From Nanobdellota archaeon (GTDB taxonomy: Archaea; Nanobdellota; Nanobdellia; Woesearchaeales; GW2011-AR4): a stretch of DNA of 64,000 nt. Location of the stretch: contig JBBSWH010000001.1 of NCBI GenBank assembly GCA_038046385.1, positions 119,211 to 183,210 of the forward strand, written 5' to 3'. The notes below the pieces were generated by a model. That model made no database searches, was not told the origin of the DNA, and saw nothing but the letters and a program-made list of their open reading frames with translations. Position 1 is the first letter of the stretch. Each line of letters begins with the position of its first letter. The position numbers and the translations under genes were made by a program. Of the stretch, positions 40,092 through 50,066 are shown piece after piece.

Positions 40092-40273
40092 TTTACTAAT
40101 ACCTCCATAGTTTTACTATGAGACCAGTCGAAACTTGTTTCGACGCTGCCTCCACGTATTTTTTTAAATTTTAGCTTAATTTGCTAAAAAAGGTATATAT
40201 TGAGTCTATATAAAGCTTATGATTCAAGATTCTTAGGAATATTTAAAAAGGAAAATGGGTTTGTAGGGATAAA

Positions 40274-40633
40274 ATGACGGAAGATGTCAGGATATATCAT
40301 AGGGCTGAAGGGGTTTTGGCCAACGGCACCACTTTAATGCAATTATTCTTAGATTATGATGGGATGGAGTTTAATATGGGGACGCTAGTCCCTAGAGTTC
40401 CGCCACTTCTTCTTTTTAATCATAGAAATGCACATACTGGGGCAAGTGATTATGATATTCTTGTTATTCTGCAAACCGGGTGTTATAGGCTGGTTAAAGC
40501 AACCCATGACCCGCAAGACTTCAGAAAAATAAGCCTGTCAGCAATAAGAGATGCAAATTTAACACTAGATGATGTAACATCAGATTTATTTCAAGCTCTC
40601 GAAGGCGCACCTAAACCAGTATTACTCTCTTAA
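40274..40633 (+). CDS. Hypothetical protein (orphan)
   Basis: 119-aa ORF with TATA about 25 nt upstream. Confidence 0.6.
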   Translation: MTEDVRIYHRAEGVLANGTTLMQLFLDYDGMEFNMGTLVPRVPPLLLFNHRNAHTGASDYDILVILQTGCYRLVKATHDPQDFRKISLSAIRDANLTLDDVTSDLFQALEGAPKPVLLS

Positions 40634-40857
40634 ATCCGACAGTTCCTAAACTATTAAGTTAACTAAAAATGAACGACAGAGTCTTAGTAAAAATAGACGG
40701 AACCACTGCAGTTTCACCTGGATTGTTGGGCATTTCAAACTTAACTGCTACATTCCAGAATAATGCTTTTAGCGGCATTGTCCAATAAACTATTAATTCT
40801 CTATTCTCCAGTAGTAATAAAAGAAAGGCTTATAAATCAATAACTTACCCAGAAGTT

Positions 40858-41361
40858 ATGAGTGAATTAGGCATCAGGCTGGAGGAAATGCTGAAGAAAT
40901 CAGACAGGTGGGTTCATGCAGTTGTACCAAATGAGGAATACTTTGATTTTAATCAGGCAAGAAGACAGAGAGTAGTGGCATCAAGCGATGGAAAATATCC
41001 TCATGGTTCTGCTTTTCACACTCAAACAAGGGAAGGTGCATGGGACAATGGATATTCAATACTTATAACTTCTGAAGGTCAATTGGAAAACATAGGCCAT
41101 ATTGTTGCATACAAAAAGCCAATACCGGATGATACATCTCAAGATCAAGTGGAGCACGGATTTCAAAGATACCCTGTGGTTGCAGAATCAAGTGATGCTC
41201 AATTGCTAGCAGGCAGAGAATTATACGATTTAATGATTAATAAGCTAATTGGAAAGGGGTATTCCCTGCTTCTTTTGAATTATGAATTGCCAGGTCATTC
41301 TGCGCCTACAGAAGCAAAACCAGCGCCAAGAAGACCAATATGGGCATTATTCACAAGATAA
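40858..41361 (+). CDS. Hypothetical protein (orphan); 3' end overlaps glk by 67 bp
   Basis: 167-aa ORF with promoter AGTAGTAA-N5-GAAAGG-CTTATAAA. Confidence 0.6.
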   Translation: MSELGIRLEEMLKKSDRWVHAVVPNEEYFDFNQARRQRVVASSDGKYPHGSAFHTQTREGAWDNGYSILITSEGQLENIGHIVAYKKPIPDDTSQDQVEHGFQRYPVVAESSDAQLLAGRELYDLMINKLIGKGYSLLLLNYELPGHSAPTEAKPAPRRPIWALFTR

Positions 41362-42329
41362 ATAGGCATTCTCTTAAGCATTTTTTTGTATGTTTTGTTG
41401 TTTTCAAATCCTTTCACAAACTCCGAATTGAAAATATCTTGGTTTCTGAATGCAATTCCGCCTGCAATGTAAATCCCTCCAAAAGGAATGCAGTCCAAAG
41501 CAAAGTTTCTGGCAAATATTGCATAAGCTTTTGTGAAAATTTCAAATGTTTCCCTGCAAACTGCATCCGTTTTCCTGTGCTTTGAAATGATCGCTGGTTT
41601 GTTGGATGAACTGTCAATCTCTTTCGAATATTTAGAGCTTTTTGTTTTTCTCAGGTAATAATAGATATTCTCCAATCCTCTTCCTGAAAGAAAATCCTCA
41701 TAAGCAATCCTTTTTGTTTTTCTGTATTTTTTTATGAAATCGGCAATATTTTTTTCCTCTTCAGTTTGCACAGGAAAATCACAATGCCCGGCTTCAGATG
41801 CAATCGGCACGTAAGATTCTTTTTTGCTGTCGTACAACAAAAGCGCTTTTCCCATTCCGGTGCCTGCGCCTATCACAAGAATCGGGGCTTTTGCAATCTT
41901 CACTCCTTTTTTTACTGTTTTTATCTCATTTTTCTGCAGCATGAATATCCCGTATGCAACAGCTTCAAAGTCATTAATAAGTGTCACGTTTTTTATACCG
42001 CATTTTAGAACCTCTTTTTTGCTGATATGGAAACTGCTGTTTGTTATTTTTACATAATCTTTCTTTGGAGACAATGCCCCTGCAGCCGCAATGCATGCTT
42101 TTGAAATTTTTATTTTGTATTCTTCCCTGATATAATCGAGCAGTGTTTTTAATGCATCCTTAAATTTTTTTATATCTTCGCTTTTGAAATGAAAATGCGT
42201 CAGCAGTTTCATCTTGTTATTCTTTGCTCCAAACAAGCCAAAACTTGAATTTGTTCCTCCAATATCTGCGCCTAGAATGTATTGGCCGTAGCCTTTTGAT
42301 TCTGAATAATCTCTTTTTATGAACTGCAT
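41295..42329 (-). CDS. glk: Glucokinase (bacterial Glk family)
   Basis: DIGGTN, INDFEA, GAGTGMG, SEAGH and GGIYIAGGI motifs; start ATG 42329. Confidence 0.9.
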   Translation of the reverse strand: MQFIKRDYSESKGYGQYILGADIGGTNSSFGLFGAKNNKMKLLTHFHFKSEDIKKFKDALKTLLDYIREEYKIKISKACIAAAGALSPKKDYVKITNSSFHISKKEVLKCGIKNVTLINDFEAVAYGIFMLQKNEIKTVKKGVKIAKAPILVIGAGTGMGKALLLYDSKKESYVPIASEAGHCDFPVQTEEEKNIADFIKKYRKTKRIAYEDFLSGRGLENIYYYLRKTKSSKYSKEIDSSSNKPAIISKHRKTDAVCRETFEIFTKAYAIFARNFALDCIPFGGIYIAGGIAFRNQDIFNSEFVKGFENNKTYKKMLKRMPIYLVNNAHIGLLGAGFASVGAE

Positions 42330-42404
42330 AATTTTAACCCAATTTTTAATGTTTTTATAGTTATTGTTTTCGTTTTGACAAGTTTTATTAATTAACAATA
42401 TTGT

Positions 42405-43610
42405 ATGTTTGTTATGGACTATAAAAAAACACTACAGTATCTTTATAGCCTTGAAAGCCCGAAGATAAAACTAGGATTGGATAGGGTTCAAACACTTCTA
42501 GATAAAATAGACAATCCAGAAAAAAGCCTTAAGTGCGTGCATGTCGCAGGCACAAACGGAAAAGGAAGCGTTTGCGCAATGATTTTTCATGTTTTGATGG
42601 AAGCGGGCTATAATGTCGGCCTTTACACAAGCCCTCATCTGAAGAAATTCAACGAAAGAATAAGAATAAATGACTCTTTTATAACGGATAAGGAAATTGC
42701 TGATTATTTTCTGAAAGTGAAGCCACACATTACGAGCCAAAGTTTTTTTGAAATAACCACTGCAATGGCCTTTCTCTATTTCAAAGAGAAAAATGTTGAT
42801 TTTGTTGTCTTGGAAACTGGGCTTGGAGGAAGGTTGGATGCAACAAACGTTGTTATCCCGCTCGTTTCTGTTATAACTAACATCGGATTGGAACACGCAG
42901 ATTTGCTCGGCAACACAATAAAAAAAATTGCTTATGAGAAAGCCGGAATAATAAAACAGAATGTGCCTGTTATTACTGGTGCAAGGGGCGAAGCATTAAT
43001 CACAATCAAAAAAATTTCAAAGGAAAGAAACTCGCAGTTGCATTTGATGAAGAAATATCCGAGAGTCAATTTTAAGCACATTATTGGGAGATACCAACAG
43101 CAAAATAAAAACATTGCATTGACGACAATAAATATATTAATAAACCATAATCTAATCAAAATAAATAAAAACCAAATCAAAAAAGGAATCGAAAAAACAA
43201 AATGGCATGGTCGCTTGGATTTTGTTTCAAATAACGTGATGATTGACGCGTCCCATAATGCAGACGGATTCAAATTGCTTAAAAAAGAATTATTAGTTAT
43301 AAAAAAGAAAAAGCATTTCAAAAATATTATTTTTGTTATCGGAATTCAAAGCGACAAGGACGCTTTTTCAATGCTTAAAACATTAAGTTCCATATCTTCA
43401 AAGTTTGTGTTTACAAAATCCAACAATCCAAAAGCCTTGAGTCAAAAAAAACTGCTTACTATTTATAATAGTATAAACAAAAACAGAAAATATCTAGCTA
43501 TCCTTGTTGACAATCCAAAAAAAGCATTAAACTACGCAAAGAAATTGGCAAAAAACAATGAATTAATCGTGTGTACGGGCTCTATCTATATGATTGGTGA
43601 CTTGATTTGA
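42405..43610 (+). CDS. folC: Folylpolyglutamate/dihydrofolate synthase
   Basis: HVAGTNGKGS, YTSPHL, ETGLGGRLDATN, DASHN and TGSIY motifs. Confidence 0.93.
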   Translation: MFVMDYKKTLQYLYSLESPKIKLGLDRVQTLLDKIDNPEKSLKCVHVAGTNGKGSVCAMIFHVLMEAGYNVGLYTSPHLKKFNERIRINDSFITDKEIADYFLKVKPHITSQSFFEITTAMAFLYFKEKNVDFVVLETGLGGRLDATNVVIPLVSVITNIGLEHADLLGNTIKKIAYEKAGIIKQNVPVITGARGEALITIKKISKERNSQLHLMKKYPRVNFKHIIGRYQQQNKNIALTTINILINHNLIKINKNQIKKGIEKTKWHGRLDFVSNNVMIDASHNADGFKLLKKELLVIKKKKHFKNIIFVIGIQSDKDAFSMLKTLSSISSKFVFTKSNNPKALSQKKLLTIYNSINKNRKYLAILVDNPKKALNYAKKLAKNNELIVCTGSIYMIGDLI

Positions 43611-43993
43611 GCGACTGGAAATACGACATTTGGAGAGAAGGCAAATATTTAGACCTGTGGCACGTGAATCACACACTTGCAGGATCTCTCTTGGCAGGAA
43701 TAACTTTCTTTTTTAATATTAAACTGTTGCTGGGCTTCGTAGTATCTGTTCTTCTCATGCTGGCATGGGAATTTTATGAGATTATTGTTGATATAGAAGA
43801 AACAATTGCCAACCAAATACTGGATGTTTTGACAGGTATATTGGGTTTTTTTGGCATGTTTTATCTGCTGCAAATTATAAATCACTCATCAGGTCTTCAG
43901 GTTTTTCTTGTTGTATTGGTAGTATGGCTATCTCTGGAATTGTGGGGTTTTGTGGCTTATAAAAAAAAGAAGGCAAAGATACGAAGACGCTAA
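43607..43993 (+). CDS. Membrane protein
   Basis: Four TM helices with H...WE..E...D pattern. Confidence 0.7.
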   Translation: MSDWKYDIWREGKYLDLWHVNHTLAGSLLAGITFFFNIKLLLGFVVSVLLMLAWEFYEIIVDIEETIANQILDVLTGILGFFGMFYLLQIINHSSGLQVFLVVLVVWLSLELWGFVAYKKKKAKIRRR

Positions 43994-44067
43994 ATCCAAA
44001 AAGACATCTCTAAAAGAAATGATTTGATTGTTGCAATAAATTATATCTATATAGTTGAAGAAATATT

Positions 44068-44553
44068 TTAAAGCTGAATTGGTATAGGCACTGGTACATA
44101 TCCAAGAAGATGATTATAAATAACTCTTAGTTTTTCCTGTACTTTAACAGTTGATGGCAATCTTGATAACTCTCTTTCGAGTTGTGCTTCCAAATCAGGA
44201 GCATTGCAATGAATTTGGGTGCCTTGCCTTTCAAAATTTCGTTCAGGATGGTGGGTCAGGCCAGCTTCAACACCCTTTTTTTCAAAAATGACCGTTTCTT
44301 CAAGAACATAGGGCTTGGCTTCTGTATCGCCTTCACGGAAACCCTGACTGTAATGATATATTCTTTCCCTTCTCATGGAAACTTTTCTTTTATTTGGGTC
44401 ATATGGTTCTACATTTTTCCTGCCATCAATCGGGACACAATCATCATCCATAAGTTTATCTGGAATCGATTCATCTGTAGGATGCTTAGGCTTAACAAAC
44501 CCAAGACCAATCAAGAACCCCTTCATTACTTTATCATCAAGTGTTACTCTCAT
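44068..44553 (-). CDS. Hypothetical protein (orphan)
   Basis: 161-aa ORF divergent from purL. Confidence 0.6.
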   Translation of the reverse strand: MRVTLDDKVMKGFLIGLGFVKPKHPTDESIPDKLMDDDCVPIDGRKNVEPYDPNKRKVSMRRERIYHYSQGFREGDTEAKPYVLEETVIFEKKGVEAGLTHHPERNFERQGTQIHCNAPDLEAQLERELSRLPSTVKVQEKLRVIYNHLLGYVPVPIPIQL

Positions 44554-44588
44554 TCAATAGAGAAATGATAACTTATTTTTAAATGTTA

Positions 44589-44652
44589 CCGCAACCTATC
44601 GAAAACCATTGGTTTTCGGAAGGTTTTGAAAGCGCGGCTTTCCGCAACCTAT
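44589..44652. repeat. Single 53-bp fold-back unit at the purL promoter
   Basis: CCGCAACCTAT direct repeat at 44589 and 44642 encloses CGAAAACC-ATT-GGTTTTCG and GAAAGC-GCG-GCTTTC hairpins. Confidence 0.75.
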
Positions 44653-44687
44653 AAATATACCCATCCCACTCAAAATATTGTGAAATA

Positions 44688-47030
44688 ATGGGGGCTGTAG
44701 ACGTAGACACAATCAACATAAAAAGTATGTCAGACAGCGAATTGTCTGCTTTCCTGAAAAAGAACGCTATTTCTTTGAGTCTTTACGAAGCAAAACGCGT
44801 TGCAGAATTGATAGGGAGAAACCCAACAATAACAGAACTGTATATATATAATACTCAATGGAGTGAACACTCTTCTTACAAGAGCAGCAGGCCTGTGCTA
44901 AAAGCACTACTGCCAACACAGGCTCCAAACGTAATTCTTGGCCCTGTTGAGGATTCAGGAATTATAGAATTAGGGTATATTAATGATGAACGATATGGGG
45001 TTGTCATTTCACATGAAAGCCATAACCATCCAAGCCAAGTTGTTCCATATGAAGGCGCAGCAACCGGTGTTGGGGGATGCATACGTGATGTTTTATGCAT
45101 GGGCGCAAAAGTAATTGCAACAGCAGACCCATTAAGATTTGGGAATCCAAAAGGAAAGAACAAAAACAAGGTTAAGTATGTTGCAAATGAAGTAATAAAC
45201 GGCATCGCAGGCTACGGAGATGCAGTTGGCATTCCAAACATAAGCGGAGATGTTTATTTTAATGATTCTTTTGATGACAATTGCTTGGTTAATGTAATTA
45301 CTCTTGGAGTTGTAAAAGAAAAAGATATAATTCACAGCTATGCTCCAAAAAATGCAGAAGGATATGACATTATAATAGTGGGAAAGGCAACAGACAATTC
45401 CGGCTTTGGCGGAGCAGCATTTGCATCTGTTATTTTGGACGATAAAGACAGAGACATCAATAGAGGGGCTGTGCAAGTTCCAGACCCTTTCCTAAAAAAT
45501 GTGATAATACGCGCTTCTTATGCTGTGTTTGAAGAAGCAAAGAAAAGAAACATCGTTCTTGGATTCAAGGATATGGGCGCAGGCGGGATAATGTGCAGCA
45601 CATCAGAATTATGCGTTGATGGAAATTACGGCGCAGATATTGACTTAAGCAAAGTAAACGTTTCAATGAACATTCCTTCTTACATGATTGCCTGCTCTGA
45701 AACACAGGAAAGATTTACTTATATTTGTCCCCCTTCTTTTACAAAAACACTTTTGAAAATATACAACGAGGATTTTGAGCTTCCGCAAATGAGCGTCAAT
45801 GCTGGCGCTTATGTAATTGGCAAAGTAACAAAAAATGATGATTACATTTTGAGGCACGAGGGAAAAATCGTGTGCAACTCTCCTGTAAAAGTCGTTACAC
45901 AGGGAATAAAATATGAGCGCGAGAAAAAAGCGCCAAAAAGAAACTTTACAGAACCTGATTTAAAAGAGCCAAAAGATTATGCTAATGCAGTCCTTTCTGT
46001 TTTAAGGCATCCAAACGTTGCAAGCAAAGCCAAGGCATACAAGCATTACGATACAAGCGTTATGGGCAATGCAGTGATTGAAACAGGATACGCAGATGCC
46101 GGCGTGATGAAAGTCGTTGATAATAGTTCTTTTGCAGTTGCGTTAAAGGCAGACTGCAATCCAAGATACTGCAAAATTGACCCATACTGGGGCGCTGTGA
46201 ATGCAACAGCAGAGTCAATGAGGAATGTTGCAGCTGTCGGAGCTATTCCAAGCGCATTAACAGACTGCCTGAATTACGGAAATCCGGAAAAGCCAGAATC
46301 ATTTTATGATTTTTACGAAGGCGTTAGGGGAATAGCAGATGCGGCAAAGAACATCTATTACAAGGGCACAAAACACCCAGTTCCCATAGTTTCTGGGAAT
46401 GTAAGCTTCTACAACGAATCGGCTTCAGGAAAATCAATTGACCCATCACCTATAGTTGCATGCATTGGCGTAATGAAAGACTACAGCAAAGCAATCACAA
46501 TGAAGATAAAAAAAATCGGAACAACGTTGGTTCTTGTCGGAGAAAGAAAAGACGAATTAGGCGGGTCTGTTTATTACAATGTCAACAAGGAAGACGGCGC
46601 AAATGTGCCGATAATAGATTTTGAAATTGAAAGAAACACGATTTATGCGGTTATTGATGCAATAAACTCAAATTTATTATTGGCGTGCCACGACATATCT
46701 GACGGGGGAATTGCAACGACAATATCTGAAATGGTGCTTGGCGGAGATGCAGACGGGGAGATTGGCGCAGAAATAGATTTTGGATTTTCAAGCTTAAGAA
46801 ATGATAAATCCCTTTTTTCAGAATCATCTGGTTTTGTGATGGAAGTTGATGATGCAAATGTTGAGAGAGTTTTGAAACTGCTTAAATTCTACAAATTAAA
46901 TCCAATAACACTTGGAAAAACAGGCGGAGATAAACTGATGATTAAAAACAAAGGAAAGAAAATTGCAGGTGTTCCTATTTCAAAAATGAAAGAAGCGTGG
47001 ACAACCGGCTTTGCGGAGGCTTTGGAGTAA
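44688..47030 (+). CDS. purL: Phosphoribosylformylglycinamidine synthase subunit PurL
   Basis: WSEHSSYKSS, ESHNHPS, GAATGVGG, DMGAGG, SETQER and HDISDGG motifs. Confidence 0.96.
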   Translation: MGAVDVDTINIKSMSDSELSAFLKKNAISLSLYEAKRVAELIGRNPTITELYIYNTQWSEHSSYKSSRPVLKALLPTQAPNVILGPVEDSGIIELGYINDERYGVVISHESHNHPSQVVPYEGAATGVGGCIRDVLCMGAKVIATADPLRFGNPKGKNKNKVKYVANEVINGIAGYGDAVGIPNISGDVYFNDSFDDNCLVNVITLGVVKEKDIIHSYAPKNAEGYDIIIVGKATDNSGFGGAAFASVILDDKDRDINRGAVQVPDPFLKNVIIRASYAVFEEAKKRNIVLGFKDMGAGGIMCSTSELCVDGNYGADIDLSKVNVSMNIPSYMIACSETQERFTYICPPSFTKTLLKIYNEDFELPQMSVNAGAYVIGKVTKNDDYILRHEGKIVCNSPVKVVTQGIKYEREKKAPKRNFTEPDLKEPKDYANAVLSVLRHPNVASKAKAYKHYDTSVMGNAVIETGYADAGVMKVVDNSSFAVALKADCNPRYCKIDPYWGAVNATAESMRNVAAVGAIPSALTDCLNYGNPEKPESFYDFYEGVRGIADAAKNIYYKGTKHPVPIVSGNVSFYNESASGKSIDPSPIVACIGVMKDYSKAITMKIKKIGTTLVLVGERKDELGGSVYYNVNKEDGANVPIIDFEIERNTIYAVIDAINSNLLLACHDISDGGIATTISEMVLGGDADGEIGAEIDFGFSSLRNDKSLFSESSGFVMEVDDANVERVLKLLKFYKLNPITLGKTGGDKLMIKNKGKKIAGVPISKMKEAWTTGFAEALE

Positions 47031-47031
47031 A

Positions 47032-47595
47032 ATGAAAGAATTAGAATTTCAAGACCTAATGACTAAGCTAATTAATGAGGGTTTAGACAACTCTAAATTT
47101 ATTTGTAAAAGAGGGGAATCGGTTTTATACGAATTAAAAGTAGATGAAGAACTTAATATTGTTGGCAACCCGAAAGACCCTAAAAGGGGGCAGGGAGCCT
47201 TTGAAACTGATGTTACAATATTTGCAATTAAAAAAAATCTGCAAATACCTTTTATAGTAATTGAAGTAAAAGAGCAGATAACCTCACATGATATAATCAC
47301 TTACAGCAATAAAGCCTCTAGGCATAAGATGGTTTATCCTTATTTAAGGTATGGTCTTGTTTCTTACGATTTGGATACAATACCCAATAGGTTTTTTAAA
47401 CATAATGAAGCGATAGATTTTTTCTTAGCTGTTAAGGAATACTCAAAAAACGAAGAAAAATTAAAAAATATTTTGTTAGAATTAATAAAGAATGAACTTA
47501 AGATTTTTGAAGAATTGCAGAAAATTCTGCATGATAAAAATAAACCAAATTTTTACCAAAGTATACCATCATTAAAAAATTTTGAACACGAATAA
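47032..47595 (+). CDS. PD-(D/E)XK nuclease-like protein inserted in the pur operon
   Basis: FETDVTIF...IVIEVK; AT-rich. Confidence 0.6.
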   Translation: MKELEFQDLMTKLINEGLDNSKFICKRGESVLYELKVDEELNIVGNPKDPKRGQGAFETDVTIFAIKKNLQIPFIVIEVKEQITSHDIITYSNKASRHKMVYPYLRYGLVSYDLDTIPNRFFKHNEAIDFFLAVKEYSKNEEKLKNILLELIKNELKIFEELQKILHDKNKPNFYQSIPSLKNFEHE

Positions 47596-47596
47596 A

Positions 47597-48415
47597 ATGC
47601 CAAACAAAAAGCCAAACATTGCGGTCGTTTACTTTCCCGGCAACAACTGCGAAGAGGAATCTTTGAAAGCAGCTCTTGCAGCAGGAATGGACGGGAAGAT
47701 TGTAAGATGGAATGAAAGAAAAGGAATTGAAAAATACGACGGATATATCATTCCGGGCGGCTGGGGATATGAAGACAGAATACGCGCAGGAGTTATCGCG
47801 GCAAAAGATCCTGTTTTTGCAATCATAAAAAAAGAGTCTGAAAAAGGAAAACCAGTTCTTGGTATTTGCAACGGCGCGCAGGCTTTGGTGGAATGCGGCA
47901 TGATTCCTGGATTAAAAAACAAAGTCGAGATGGCACTTGCGCCAAATATCAATCCTTTTGTGAGTGGATATTACTGCACATGGGTTCATTTGAAAAACAC
48001 AGAAAATCAGTCAAGATGTGCTTTCACAAAATTTACAGGAAAAGATGAAGTTATCCCGGTCCCGATTGCGCACGGAGAAGGGAGATTTACGACAAACGAC
48101 AAGGATTTGATGAAAGAACTTGTTAAAAACAAGCAGATAATCTTCAAATATTCTACTAAAGACGGTAAAATAGACAATAAGTTTCCAACAAACCCAAACG
48201 GAGCAATGCTTAACATTGCAGCAGTCTGCAACAAGAAAGGAAATGTGATGGCAATCATGCCTCATCCTGAACGTGCAACATTCATAAGGCAATTGCCCTA
48301 CATTACGAGCTTGAAAAACAACGCAGCAGGCAAGCTTGCAGAAATGGAAAAGCCGGCTCCGGCAATGAAATTATTTGATTCGATGAAGAAATATATCGAA
48401 GAGGAATTATTATAA
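47597..48415 (+). CDS. purQ: PurQ glutaminase subunit
   Basis: FPGNNC, GICNG, AHGEG and MPHPER motifs. Confidence 0.95.
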   Translation: MPNKKPNIAVVYFPGNNCEEESLKAALAAGMDGKIVRWNERKGIEKYDGYIIPGGWGYEDRIRAGVIAAKDPVFAIIKKESEKGKPVLGICNGAQALVECGMIPGLKNKVEMALAPNINPFVSGYYCTWVHLKNTENQSRCAFTKFTGKDEVIPVPIAHGEGRFTTNDKDLMKELVKNKQIIFKYSTKDGKIDNKFPTNPNGAMLNIAAVCNKKGNVMAIMPHPERATFIRQLPYITSLKNNAAGKLAEMEKPAPAMKLFDSMKKYIEEELL

Positions 48416-48441
48416 TAATGGGCGAGCTGGTTAATAAATAA

Positions 48442-49701
48442 TTATTTGAACTGATAATTTCTGGGTATGAACACATGACCATTAGGGGACAGTGTGAATC
48501 TCCTTGCAACGTCTTCTTCATGATAAATTCCTATTCTTGTGTTGTCTGGAATGTGTACTCCTTTATCTACAACTCCTTTGTTAATTCTTACATTTCTCCC
48601 GGTTCCATTGTTTCCCATAAATATTGTTTCCGTCATTTCTCCATGATCTCCGACTTCAGTGTTATACCCAACAATACAATCGTCAAGCCTGCTTTTTTTC
48701 CCAATTGATACACCATTTGCAAGTACAGATCCGGTTACATCTCCTGCGTTAACAATTTGTTTTCCATGGGATTCGTCAAAAGTCACTATGGGCCAGCCAG
48801 GATTTTCAAGGCGCAATGGAGGATGTGTGCCGGTCAGGTCAAGATTAGCCTCAACAAATTGATCAAGTGTCCCTACATCTCTCCAATAACCGGTTGTTTT
48901 AACTTGATTAGGGGTGTTTCTTGTATAATCATACATCCTGACTTTCCTGCCTTCCCTTAAATAATGAGGAATTACATCAAAACCAAAATCATGAACTGAG
49001 TACAAACTTGGGTTGGCCCTAACCAAATCCTTATTTTCTTCATCTGCTGTTCTTTTCTTTGCATCAACTGTTAAGGCAGTAACAAGAGAATTTCTATTAA
49101 ATACATAATTCCCCATAGATGCCCAGCAGAAATTTTCATTTCCGGGAATAGGCGCGGGATCCGATGGCTTTTCCTGAAATCCTATAACATTGCCATTTTC
49201 ATCGGCAACAAGAACTCCAAAAGTGTTGGCAGCCAAGTCTCTCCTGACTGGCATGGCGGCTATAGTTAAATCTGATTTACTATCGAGATGGAACTGCTTC
49301 ATTTGAGAAATGTCCATTAAGTATACATGATCACCCGCAAATACAGAAACCAGTTGTGGCTTTTGTGATGTTATTAATCCTAAATTTCTATACACAGCAT
49401 CAGCAGTTCCTAAGTAATGGCCATGTTCAGGGTGGACTACTCTGATAAATTCAGCACCTTCCTGCTCAAAAACAGGTTTCCAGGCGTGTTCTATATGCCT
49501 CTCTAAAGAAGCTGGCTTGTATTGCGCCACAACTACTATATTTCTGCTGCCGGAATTATAATGATTGTTAAGGGGAAAATCTATTATCCTCCATTTTCCT
49601 CCAAAAGGGCTTGCTGGCTTTGCCCTATCTTGGGTTATGGGGAATAACCTTTTTCCCTGGCCACCTGCTAAAATGATATCGAGAGATGTTACCTGTTTCA
49701 T
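48442..49701 (-). CDS. glgC: Glucose-1-phosphate adenylyltransferase (ADP-glucose pyrophosphorylase)
   Basis: LAGGQGKRL, RAKPA.PFGG, GTADAV, GDHVY, FQEKP, SMGNY, DFG and YWRDVGT motifs. Confidence 0.9.
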   Translation of the reverse strand: MKQVTSLDIILAGGQGKRLFPITQDRAKPASPFGGKWRIIDFPLNNHYNSGSRNIVVVAQYKPASLERHIEHAWKPVFEQEGAEFIRVVHPEHGHYLGTADAVYRNLGLITSQKPQLVSVFAGDHVYLMDISQMKQFHLDSKSDLTIAAMPVRRDLAANTFGVLVADENGNVIGFQEKPSDPAPIPGNENFCWASMGNYVFNRNSLVTALTVDAKKRTADEENKDLVRANPSLYSVHDFGFDVIPHYLREGRKVRMYDYTRNTPNQVKTTGYWRDVGTLDQFVEANLDLTGTHPPLRLENPGWPIVTFDESHGKQIVNAGDVTGSVLANGVSIGKKSRLDDCIVGYNTEVGDHGEMTETIFMGNNGTGRNVRINKGVVDKGVHIPDNTRIGIYHEEDVARRFTLSPNGHVFIPRNYQFK

Positions 49702-49819
49702 AGGTCTAGTTAAGATTATTGCTTTAAAAGCCTTTCTGTTTATAACTACTAAATAGAAGCAACATATACATATTTCTTAGAAATATTTATTTGCGCATTA
49801 ATCCATAATTATTTAAATA

Positions 49820-49885
49820 AAATTATTTGACTTGATGAATAGGCATATTGAAGATGAAGCGCTATAATACTAGGCGAGCTGGTTA
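49820..49885 (+). repeat. Diverged duplicate of the purQ 3' end (48368-48433)
   Basis: Ungapped 66-bp alignment, 52/66 identical by manual count; KLFDLMNRHIEDEAL* versus KLFDSMKKYIEEELL*. Confidence 0.85.
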
Positions 49886-49925
49886 TGGTGCCAGCGAGCA
49901 CAATCTTTTGTCCGAAGGACGGAAA
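49876..49925 (+). other. Two-hairpin structured element (copy 2), followed by an A-rich spacer
   Basis: GA-GCTGGT...GCCAGC-GAG...TTGTCCGAAGGACGGAAA. Confidence 0.7.
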
Positions 49926-50066
49926 GAAAATTTCAATAAAATAAAATCACAAAAACAATAACGAAACTCAATAACGAAAAACACATTAACGAAAATTAAA
50001 TTTAAAATAACAATTATTAAAATAAATAACAATTAAAAATTAAATAAAAATATAAAATAACCTAAA

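Noticed and set aside
40669-40788. 39-aa ORF MNDRVLVKIDG...
   Set aside because: Too short, with no motif or clear promoter; it could be a gene remnant but cannot be supported.
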